Part shown: positions 16,626 through 23,851 of the stretch, piece after piece | Numbering within the stretch: position 1 is the first letter of the stretch | Layout of the letters: the number at the start of each line of letters is the position of its first letter | Assembly: GCA_029269845.2 (NCBI GenBank) | Contig: CP149973.1 | Coordinates: forward strand, 420,001-452,000 | Direction of reading: 5' to 3' | DNA: 32,000 nucleotides | DNA from: Opitutia bacterium KCR 482 | Lineage (GTDB): Bacteria > Verrucomicrobiota > Verrucomicrobiia > Opitutales > Intestinicryptomonadaceae | Translations under genes and position numbers: made by a program | The notes under the pieces: generated by a model | Seen by the model: the letters and a program-made list of their open reading frames with translations, nothing else | Told to the model about the DNA's origin: nothing | The model's database searches: none

Positions 16626-18016
16626 TTTTCCGCTATGATGTAAATCGGGTTGTATGTCAGGACGACGCCGTTGCCGTCCGAAAAATTGTCGGTGTACGCC
16701 TTCGAGAATTCGGCGAATTTTTTCGGCGTCCAAAAGCGCGAAAACCTGCCGTTGACCCCCGTCGATTTGATGTGCCGCAACACGTCTTTGGGCGTCGGGA
16801 AAAACGCGTCGAGAATGTCCTCCGCGCAGTAGAGCACAGAGTACCCCGCCGCCGCGAGCGCGTCCCTGATTTCGTAGGGCGTACGGTATTCCAAGCCGCC
16901 GCCTACAAGGCTTCGTATCTGCGGGTAGTTTTTCGCTCCGAATGTCGAAAACGCCAAAACCGCGCCGTCCGACGAAACGCGCGATATTTTGCCGAAAAGC
17001 CCGCGCAGGTCGGGAATCCACTGGAAGCACGACGACGACAGCACGGCGTCCATCTTTTCGGAAAATTCCGCGTGCATGAAGTCGCCCGCGCGTATTTCGA
17101 ATTCCCCCGCGACGGACTTCGCCGCGCATTCGCACATCTTCTCCGAGATGTCGTTCAAAAACCACTTCGCCGACGGAAATTTCGGCGAAAGCGCGGAGGT
17201 AAGAAAGCCCGTGCCGCAGCCGATTTCGAGCACGTTTGCGGGCGAAAGCGACGGCGGCGCGAACTCCGCGAAAGCGTCCGCGAGAGACTCCGCAACCTCG
17301 CGCTGCACGAACGCGTTTTGCGAATACGTTTCAATGCGCCGCTCGAAGCCCCGCGCCGTCGCCGACGCCCGCGCCGAAACTGCGGCGATTGCAAGCCCGA
17401 AGAGCGGCGGGCTCAAATGCTCGCCCTCGCAGACGCGCAGGGAGTCTCCCCAGACGCGCCTGAGGTTTTCCACGGGGAAAATTTTGTCCTCGCGCGAAGC
17501 GTAGGCGATGTCCCACGGTTTGCGCGGAGTTTTTTCACGGGCGAAAGCGCCGCGCAGAAATTCAAGCTCCTCCCTCAATTCGTCCGCGCCGCGCCGCGCA
17601 AAAAGCCCCTCCAACTCGGCGTATTCCGCCGCCCCTCCGCACACGCGCCGCATGAATTTTACGCGCGCCGCCTCGCCGAAATTGTCTACGGTTTTTTCGA
17701 ACACCGCCGGCGGAATCCCGCGTTCGGCGTCTACGGGGTACGGCGAGCCGTTGATTGCTATGCGGACGAGCGTCCGCCCGATTCTTTCGGAAAGGAAATC
17801 CGCAACCCACACTCCGAAAGACCACGCCACGACCCCGACGTTTTTGTACGCTCCGAAATCGAAATCGGTTTCAAGCCCGCGGTAGTCGAAGAACGCCGCA
17901 ACGTCGCAGTCTTCGGGAATGTATGTGCGCGACAAAATGTTTTCGTCGCAGGCAAAGCCGCCGAAAAACGCCACGAGCGTCTTCGAATTTGCGCGTCTAA
18001 TCCACCTGAATTTCAC
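16622..18016 (-). CDS. bioG/bioC: Fusion protein: N-terminal BioG (DUF452 pimeloyl-ACP methyl ester esterase) and C-terminal BioC (malonyl-ACP O-methyltransferase)
   Basis: Residues 1 to about 205 match my memory of Haemophilus BioG (VVAWSFGVWVA nucleophile elbow, AINGSPYPVDAERGIPPAVF, RVKFMRRVCG, SREDKIFP, EGEH). Residues from about 225 to 464 have the SAM motif VLEIGCGTGFLT and a BioC-like tail. The GTG start at 18016 overlaps the bioF stop as GTGA. The junction is near nt 17380. Confidence 0.85.
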   Translation of the reverse strand: MKFRWIRRANSKTLVAFFGGFACDENILSRTYIPEDCDVAAFFDYRGLETDFDFGAYKNVGVVAWSFGVWVADFLSERIGRTLVRIAINGSPYPVDAERGIPPAVFEKTVDNFGEAARVKFMRRVCGGAAEYAELEGLFARRGADELREELEFLRGAFAREKTPRKPWDIAYASREDKIFPVENLRRVWGDSLRVCEGEHLSPPLFGLAIAAVSARASATARGFERRIETYSQNAFVQREVAESLADAFAEFAPPSLSPANVLEIGCGTGFLTSALSPKFPSAKWFLNDISEKMCECAAKSVAGEFEIRAGDFMHAEFSEKMDAVLSSSCFQWIPDLRGLFGKISRVSSDGAVLAFSTFGAKNYPQIRSLVGGGLEYRTPYEIRDALAAAGYSVLYCAEDILDAFFPTPKDVLRHIKSTGVNGRFSRFWTPKKFAEFSKAYTDNFSDGNGVVLTYNPIYIIAEK

Positions 18017-19146
18017 GACAGTTCCCCCAATGCCTTTGCCGCCGCAAGCACGTCCGATTCGGAATGCGCGGCGGAAAACGAAAAGCGCAGGCGTTCGGTC
18101 GGAACGGTCGGTTTTCTTATCGCGGGCACGCGGAAGCCGCGCGACTCCATCGCCGCGGAAATTTCGAGGGCGCGTCCAGCAGTCGACACGGGCGCGATTT
18201 GCGATTCGCCCAAAACGCCCGACACAGCCGACCTGAACGCGGCGGAAATTTTCTGCAAATGTTCGCGCTCGGCGTCCATGCCCAAAATTTTTTCGAACAC
18301 GAAGCGCGACCAACGCGCGGAAACCGGCGAAAGCGCGGTCGAATAAATGAACGTGCGGCAGCGGTTGACGAGCATTTCGCGCGTCTCGGCGGAGCACAGC
18401 GCAAACGCCCCCTCCGACGCCGCCGCCTTGCCGAGCGTGCACATCGCCAAATCGACGTCGAAGCCGACCGACCTGCCCAAGCCGCCCGCGCCGTAAAGCC
18501 CGAAGGCGTGGGCTTCGTCTACATACAAAAACGCGCCGAACTCGCGCCTGATTTCCGAGAGCCTGCGCAGGTCGCAGAAGTCGCCGTCCATGCTGAAAAC
18601 CGATTCGGTTACGATGTAGACGTTCTCGAATTCCGCGCGGCGGCGGCGCAGTATTTCCTCGAGCCTGTCGAGGTCGTTGTGCGGGAAGCGCAGCCATTTT
18701 GCGTCGGTGAGTTTGAGGGCGTCGATGAGGCTTGCGTGCGAAAGTTTGTCGGCAAGAACGAGGTCGCGCGAGGTGGCGAGCGCGGGGATTATCCCCGAAT
18801 TTGCGTGGTAGCCGCAGTTGAAGAGCAGGCACGATTTCTCCGCGTTCCACGCCCGCGAATATTCGTCGGAAACGGTTTTTTCGAAGTCGTCGAACGCCGA
18901 CGAATTGCAGCCCAACAGGCGCGACGACAGCGAGCCCATCAGGTATTTTTCCGAACCCGAAAGCCCCTTCAAAAACTCGCGCTGCCAGTCAATCCGCCCC
19001 GAAATTCCGAGGTAGTCGTTGCTCGAAAAATCAACGAGCCGCCGCCCGTCCTCCTCGATGCGCGCGCCCGACACGTCCGCGCGGCGCACCCTGCGGTACG
19101 CGCCCGCGCGCGAGATTGATTCGAGCCTGTCTTCAAAGCCGAACAT
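18013..19146 (-). CDS. bioF: 8-amino-7-oxononanoate synthase
   Basis: FSSNDYLGIS, HASLIDA, SVFSMDGD, VDEAHAFG, and the PLP lysine in CTLGKAAAS. Start taken at MFGFEDRLESI (ATG 19146). Confidence 0.9.
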   Translation of the reverse strand: MFGFEDRLESISRAGAYRRVRRADVSGARIEEDGRRLVDFSSNDYLGISGRIDWQREFLKGLSGSEKYLMGSLSSRLLGCNSSAFDDFEKTVSDEYSRAWNAEKSCLLFNCGYHANSGIIPALATSRDLVLADKLSHASLIDALKLTDAKWLRFPHNDLDRLEEILRRRRAEFENVYIVTESVFSMDGDFCDLRRLSEIRREFGAFLYVDEAHAFGLYGAGGLGRSVGFDVDLAMCTLGKAAASEGAFALCSAETREMLVNRCRTFIYSTALSPVSARWSRFVFEKILGMDAEREHLQKISAAFRSAVSGVLGESQIAPVSTAGRALEISAAMESRGFRVPAIRKPTVPTERLRFSFSAAHSESDVLAAAKALGELS

Positions 19147-19184
19147 CTTACCCCAAAGCCTTTCGTTTGCCCGCAAACATTGCC

Positions 19185-20453
19185 CTATTCCGCGACCTCC
19201 GACATCGCGCCGACAATCGCCTCCAACTGCGAATCGGAAGCTACATACGGCGGCATTGTGTATAAAAGTCTGCCGAACGGGCGCAGCCACACGCCGCGGG
19301 CGACGAGTTTTTCCTGAACGGCGGGAACGTCGATAGGCTCGCGCATTTCGAGCACGCCTATCGCGCCGAGAACGCGGGCGTCGGCGACGGATTTCCGCTC
19401 CGCAAGCGGCAGGAGTCCGCGCTTCAAAGTCTTTTCGATTTCAGCCACGCGCTCCAAAATTCCGCCCGTCCGCGCAATTTCGACCGCCGCGTTCGCCGCC
19501 GCGCACGCGAGCGGGTTTGCCATGAAAGTCGGACCATGCATGAATGTTCCCACGCCGAAACCCGAAATTATGTCGGCTATCGAATCGTCGGCGAGGGTTG
19601 CGGCGAAGCTCAGGTATCCGCCCGTGAGAGCCTTGCCAAGACACATGATGTCGGGGCGAACGCCGGCCCATTCGTTGGCGAACATTTTGCCAGAACGCCC
19701 GAAGCCCGTCGCGATTTCGTCGAGAATCAGCAGCACCGAAAATTCGTCGCAAAGTTTGCGAATTTCGCGCAGATACTGCGGGTGGTAGAAGCGCATGCCG
19801 CCCGCGCCCTGCACTATCGGCTCTATTATGAACGCCGCAATTTCGCCCGCGTGGGACTCGAAAAGCCCGCGCACGGCTTCGGCGTCGGACGCGTCCCATT
19901 CGCCGTCGAAGCGCGACTCTGGACGCTGCGCAAAAAAGTTTATCGGCAGCCCCCCCGAAAACAGCGAGTGCATGCCGTTGACGGGGTCGCAGACGGACAT
20001 CGCGTGCCAAGTGTCGCCGTGATATCCGCCGCGGGCGGTCGCGAATTTTGTTTTCTTCGAGTCGCCCTTCGCCCGCCAAAATTGGAGAGCCATTTTCATT
20101 GCGACCTCAACCGAAACCGAACCCGAATCGCAGAAGAACACGCGCCCAAGCCCCGTCATGTCGGAGAGCGTTGCGGCAAGCTTCACCGCTCCCCCGTGCG
20201 TAAGCCCGCCGAACATCACATGGCTCATTTTCGAAATCTGCGCCCTTACCGCCGCGTCGATTTTCGGGTTGCGGTATCCGTAGGCGACAGCCCACCACGA
20301 CGACATTCCGTCTACGACTTTCCGCCCGTCGGCAAGCGTGAGTTCCGCGCCCTCCGCCGATTCCACCACATAGGGGCGCGGGGGATTCTTTGTGCTCGCG
20401 TAGGGGTGCCAGACGCGGCGGGCGTCGAGGGAGATGATTTCGTCAATATTCAT
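19185..20453 (-). CDS. bioA: Adenosylmethionine-8-amino-7-oxononanoate aminotransferase
   Basis: RVWHPY, DGMSSWW, GGYHGDT, LDEIATGFGRSG, and the PLP lysine in CLGKALTGGYL. Confidence 0.95.
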   Translation of the reverse strand: MNIDEIISLDARRVWHPYASTKNPPRPYVVESAEGAELTLADGRKVVDGMSSWWAVAYGYRNPKIDAAVRAQISKMSHVMFGGLTHGGAVKLAATLSDMTGLGRVFFCDSGSVSVEVAMKMALQFWRAKGDSKKTKFATARGGYHGDTWHAMSVCDPVNGMHSLFSGGLPINFFAQRPESRFDGEWDASDAEAVRGLFESHAGEIAAFIIEPIVQGAGGMRFYHPQYLREIRKLCDEFSVLLILDEIATGFGRSGKMFANEWAGVRPDIMCLGKALTGGYLSFAATLADDSIADIISGFGVGTFMHGPTFMANPLACAAANAAVEIARTGGILERVAEIEKTLKRGLLPLAERKSVADARVLGAIGVLEMREPIDVPAVQEKLVARGVWLRPFGRLLYTMPPYVASDSQLEAIVGAMSEVAE

Positions 20454-21390
20454 AGCCGAGCCTGTCGAGCATCTTGAAGTCGGAATCGAGCGACGACCCC
20501 ACCGTTGTGAGCATGTCGCCCATGAGGATCGCGCTTACGCCCGAGCGGAGCGCGCGCTCCTGAACGCCGCGGATTGCAGCCCTCCCGCCAGCAAAGCGGA
20601 TATGCGCGCGCGGGTTCATCAGCCTGAACACGGCGAACGCAAGCAGGATTTCGTCGGTCGGAAGCGGCGGGGTGTTTTCGAGCGGAGTGCCTTTTATGGG
20701 CTGCAAAATGTTCATGGGAATGGAGTCCACATCGAGCTTCGCGAGGGTATCGGCAAGCTCGACTCGCTGGGCGAAAGACTCGCCCATTCCGATGATTCCG
20801 CCGCTGCAAATGCTAAGCCCCGCCGAACGCGCCGCGCCGATTGAGGCTATTTTGTCTTCAATCGTGTGCGTCGTGCAGAGTTTGGGAAAGTACGACGGCG
20901 CGGTTTCGAGATTGCAGTGGAAGCGCGTCATTCCCGCCGCCGCGAGCCGCTCGAACTGCGGCTTTGTGAGAAGTCCGAACGAGCCGCAAAGCTCTATTCC
21001 GCCCATGTCGCGCATTTTTTCGAAAGCGTCGCAGAGCTTTTGCAGGTCGGCGTCCGACACGCTGCGCCCGCTGGTTACGAGCGAAAAGCGGCGCACGCCG
21101 CGCTTTTTGAAAAATTCGGCGTGTTCGAGGGCGTCGTCGGCGGAAACGTAGTCGTACACGCCGCAGCCCGTGGAGTAATGCGCCGACTGCGCGCACCACT
21201 TGCAGTTCTCGGAGCATCTGCCCGAACGCGCGTTCATTATGGAGCATGTATCGACATAACGGCCGAGAAAATGCGTCCGCACCTCGTCCGCCGCCGCGCA
21301 GAGCTCGTCGAGCGCGTATTTTGAGGGAAGCGACTCGGCCTCCTCGCGCGAAAGCCGTCCGCCGTTTATGATTTTTGCGGATAATTCCAT
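20443..21390 (-). CDS. bioB: Biotin synthase (radical SAM)
   Basis: CSENCKWC (CxxxCxxC), FHCNLET, ICSGGIIGMGE, IRFAGGR. Start at MELSAKIINGG (ATG 21390). The 3' end overlaps the bioA start by 11 nt. The auxiliary-cluster ligand pattern is atypical; see findings. Confidence 0.93.
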   Translation of the reverse strand: MELSAKIINGGRLSREEAESLPSKYALDELCAAADEVRTHFLGRYVDTCSIMNARSGRCSENCKWCAQSAHYSTGCGVYDYVSADDALEHAEFFKKRGVRRFSLVTSGRSVSDADLQKLCDAFEKMRDMGGIELCGSFGLLTKPQFERLAAAGMTRFHCNLETAPSYFPKLCTTHTIEDKIASIGAARSAGLSICSGGIIGMGESFAQRVELADTLAKLDVDSIPMNILQPIKGTPLENTPPLPTDEILLAFAVFRLMNPRAHIRFAGGRAAIRGVQERALRSGVSAILMGDMLTTVGSSLDSDFKMLDRLGYEY

Positions 21391-21497
21391 ATTCAAAATC
21401 CGCCATGAAAGCAGATTTTTCGGGCGTGTCAAATAATTCGCGGGGCGCAAAAAAATTCTTGAAATCGGGCGGCGGCAAAGTACAACTTGCACGCATT

Positions 21498-22355
21498 ATG
21501 AAATTCTCCAAATACCACGCACTCGGCAACGACTATCTGGTGCTCGACCCGCTCGACTGCCCCGAAATGCCCGAAGGCATCGACGTCGTGAAAATCTGCC
21601 ACCGCAATTTCGGTCTCGGCTCCGACGGAATACTCTTCGGGCCCGAAAAGTCGGACAAGGCCGACTTCAAGCTGAGAATCCTCAACCCCGACGCCTCCGA
21701 AGCCGAAAAAAGCGGCAACGGGCTTCGCATTTTCTCGCGCTACCTCTTCGACACTAAGCGCGTGAAGGAGGACGTTCCCTTTACGGTTGACACCCTCGGC
21801 GGCGTCGTAAAATGCGTCGTTTCGAAGGGCGGAAATTCGATTACGGTCGAAATGGGGCATGTGAGCTTCGACGCCGCGAAAATCCCCGTGCTCGGCGCGA
21901 CGGGCGAAGTGGTGAACAAAGAGTTCGAAATCGACGGGCGGAAATACAAATACTGCTGCGCGACGGTCGGGAATCCCCACTGCGTGCTTCCGATGGACAG
22001 CGTTTCGTCGGAAATCGCGCACAGGCTCGGCCCGAAAATCGAAAACATGACATCGCTTTTCCCGAACCGCACAAACGTGCAGTTCTTGCAGGTGCTCGAC
22101 CGCAACAACATCAAAATCGAAATTTGGGAGCGCGGCGCGGGATACACGCTCGCGTCGGGCAGCAGCTCGAGCGCGGCGGCGTCGGTCGCCCACAAGCTCG
22201 GACTTTGCGACGGCGACATCACCGTGCACATGGAGGGCGGCGACCTATCCATTAAAATCGCCCCCGACTTCTCGATTACAATGACCGGCCCCGCAACGCC
22301 CGTCGGCGTCTACGAGATGTCGCCCGAAGTGCTCTCGCAGAGCGTTCCGCTTTGA
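21498..22355 (+). CDS. Diaminopimelate-epimerase-family protein with Ser at both canonical catalytic Cys positions
   Basis: DapF-family motifs are present: GNDYLVLD, NPDASEAE.SGNGLR, VGNPHCV, RTNVQF, WERGAGYT. The two catalytic Cys positions read Ser: AGC at 21711-21713 and TCG at 22155-22157. Start at MKFSKYHALGNDY (ATG 21498). Confidence 0.85.
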   Translation: MKFSKYHALGNDYLVLDPLDCPEMPEGIDVVKICHRNFGLGSDGILFGPEKSDKADFKLRILNPDASEAEKSGNGLRIFSRYLFDTKRVKEDVPFTVDTLGGVVKCVVSKGGNSITVEMGHVSFDAAKIPVLGATGEVVNKEFEIDGRKYKYCCATVGNPHCVLPMDSVSSEIAHRLGPKIENMTSLFPNRTNVQFLQVLDRNNIKIEIWERGAGYTLASGSSSSAAASVAHKLGLCDGDITVHMEGGDLSIKIAPDFSITMTGPATPVGVYEMSPEVLSQSVPL

Positions 22356-22365
22356 GAGTGCAAAA

Positions 22366-22393
22366 CGCCTTTCGGAAACGGAGGGCGGTTTTT
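22366..22393 (+). terminator. Hairpin/terminator after the dapF homologue
   Basis: Stem CGCCTTTC (22366-22373) pairs with GGAGGGCG (22380-22387), including two G-U pairs. GTTTTT follows. Confidence 0.55.
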
Positions 22394-22433
22394 GGAAGCC
22401 GCGCGTTTTTCGGAAATTTGCGAAAAATTTAGC

Positions 22434-22462
22434 TTGAAAGACTCGCGGGCTTTCGGCAATAT
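22434..22462 (+). promoter_or_regulatory. Candidate promoter for rpmG
   Basis: TTGAAA at 22434-22439, a 17-nt spacer, then CAATAT at 22457-22462. An AAAGG ribosome-binding site lies 7 nt before the ATG. Confidence 0.35.
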
Positions 22463-22502
22463 GCGAAAGATATTTTAAAAATCAGACAGAAAAGGTAAAT
22501 TT

Positions 22503-22676
22503 ATGCCCAGAGAAATCGTTATCATCGAATGCACAGAAGCACGCAAAGAAGGCAAATCCCCTTCGCGCTATATGACTACGCGCAACCCGCGCAAGCCCGA
22601 CGGCAAGAAGGTTGAAAAGATGAAGTACAATCCTTCGCTCAAACGCAGAACGCTTCACAAGGAAATCAAGAAATAG
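22503..22676 (+). CDS. rpmG: 50S ribosomal protein L33
   Basis: I translated this by hand: [57 protein letters not shown] (57 aa), which is below the track cutoff. It matches the L33 pattern (..ECTE......SRY.TT.N......K.E.KKYNP.L.K.T.HKEIK). It has its own ribosome-binding site and terminator. The track's 83-aa minus-strand ORF at this site is antisense noise. Confidence 0.9.
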   Translation: MPREIVIIECTEARKEGKSPSRYMTTRNPRKPDGKKVEKMKYNPSLKRRTLHKEIKK

Positions 22677-22683
22677 TTTTTTT

Positions 22684-22711
22684 AACCCGCGCTTAAAACG
22701 CGGGTTTTTTT
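22684..22711 (+). terminator. Rho-independent terminator after rpmG
   Basis: Stem AACCCGCG (22684-22691) pairs with CGCGGGTT (22699-22706). The T run at 22705-22711 overlaps the last stem bases. Confidence 0.85.
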
Positions 22712-22888
22712 GTGCCCGCGCGAAACGCCGCATGCCGGCAAAAACGTTTCCCCCCTACTCCCCCAAAACGCATTCGCGTGTAGACGCGGGAAAATTGCGA
22801 AAAGCCGCAAACAGTGCGAAACAAAACAGACTACCAATCCAACGGGAAGGCCGACTTCCGCGCTTTGCCTCGCACGGCAAGCGCAAAC

Positions 22889-22917
22889 AAAAAAACCCGC
22901 GCATATGCGCGGGTTTT
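22889..22917 (-). terminator. Rho-independent terminator after fabD (palindromic, potentially bidirectional)
   Basis: 26-nt perfect palindrome AAAACCCGCGCAT|ATGCGCGGGTTTT at 22892-22917. The A7 run at 22889-22895 gives T7 on the minus-strand transcript. Only T4 follows on the plus strand. Confidence 0.85.
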
Positions 22918-22944
22918 GAGGAAAAGAAGTTGCGGAGGGATTGC

Positions 22945-23850
22945 CTATTCAAAGTCGCGGATTTCAGCGAACGAGCGAATCGGGTAGTCTCTGTTTATGC
23001 GTTTCATCATGCCCGCAAGAACCCCGCCGGGGCCGCATTCGTAGAACTGCTCCACGCCAAGTTTCGCCGACGCCTCGACGCAGTCAGCCCAGCGCACCGT
23101 GCTTGTTATCTGCTTTACGAGGTTCGCCTTGATGTCGGCGGGGTCGCTTACGCGCGAGCCGACGACGTTCGTGAAGACGGCGATTTTCGGCGTCTTGAAT
23201 TCGAATTTTTCGAGGTATTTTTCGAAGGCGTCCCGCGCGGGCTTCATGAGTCTGCTGTGGTACGCGCCCGCCACTTTCAGCGGAACTACCATTTTGAAAT
23301 CCTTACGCTCCTTGGCGGCTTCGACCGCGCGGGCGACATTTTCGGCGTCGCCCGAAATCACGATTTGACCGGGGCAGTTGAGGTTAGACATGTCGATGTC
23401 GAATTCGCGGCAGTAGCCCTCGACCTTTTCCTGCGTGCCGCCGATGAGGCTCGCCATTGCGCCCTTTGTGGCGTCGCACGCCTCCTGCATGAGGCGTCCG
23501 CGTTCGGCGACGATTTTCAGCCCGTCCTCGAACGAATACGTCCCCGCGATTGCGTGCGCGGTAAGCTCGCCGAGCGAAAGACCCAGCGCGGCGACGACGT
23601 TGCCCAGCATTCCGCGTTCTTCGAGCACTTTGACCACGGCGATTCCGTGGACATAGAGCGCGGGCTGGCAGACGCTTGTTTTTGTAAGTTCCGCCATCGG
23701 ACCTTCGAAGCAGATTTGCGAAAGTTTGAAGCCGAGGGTGTCGTCGGCGCAGTTGAACAGCTCCTTGACGGAGGCGTAGTTTTCGTACAGCGATTTCGCC
23801 ATTCCGACGCTTTGCGCGCCCTGACCAGAGAACAATAATCCTGTTTTCAT
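22945..23850 (-). CDS. fabD: Malonyl-CoA:ACP transacylase
   Basis: LLFSGQGAQSVGM, nucleophile elbow GLSLGE, ERGRLMQ, VAGAYHSRLM. The start codon lies 1 nt after the upstream stop (TAAtATG). Confidence 0.93.
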   Translation of the reverse strand: MKTGLLFSGQGAQSVGMAKSLYENYASVKELFNCADDTLGFKLSQICFEGPMAELTKTSVCQPALYVHGIAVVKVLEERGMLGNVVAALGLSLGELTAHAIAGTYSFEDGLKIVAERGRLMQEACDATKGAMASLIGGTQEKVEGYCREFDIDMSNLNCPGQIVISGDAENVARAVEAAKERKDFKMVVPLKVAGAYHSRLMKPARDAFEKYLEKFEFKTPKIAVFTNVVGSRVSDPADIKANLVKQITSTVRWADCVEASAKLGVEQFYECGPGGVLAGMMKRINRDYPIRSFAEIRDFE

Positions 23851-23851
23851 A

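Noticed and set aside
16622-18850. The track's 742-aa ORF read as a single giant protein. The same issue applies to the long N-terminal extensions of the ORFs at 15328-16440, 15993-17165, 25451-26743 and 28222-29148.
   Set aside because: The upstream portions overlap the preceding, well-supported genes in another frame and translate to Arg/Gly/Pro-rich junk. Homology-consistent starts (GTG 18016, ATG 15996, 16625, 26245, 29022) each form 4-nt overlaps with the upstream stop codon.
21391-21497. A BirA/BioR/BioQ-type operator in the bioB-dapF divergent region.
   Set aside because: There are only weak A/T-rich inverted repeats (AAAATC-N13-GATTTT at 21395-21419). Nothing resembles TGTAAAC/GTTAACA-type BirA sites or another convincing long palindrome.
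22482-22733. An 83-aa minus-strand ORF between dapF and fabD.
   Set aside because: It is antisense to a clean rpmG (L33) gene on the plus strand, which has its own ribosome-binding site and terminator. The minus-strand product has no recognisable features.
22712-22888. A possible tRNA next to rpmG, a common location for tRNA-Trp and secE-nusG.
   Set aside because: I could find no cloverleaf: there is no T-arm consensus and no acceptor-stem complementarity. No secE- or nusG-like ORF follows. The region is kept only as an unexplained spacer; see findings.
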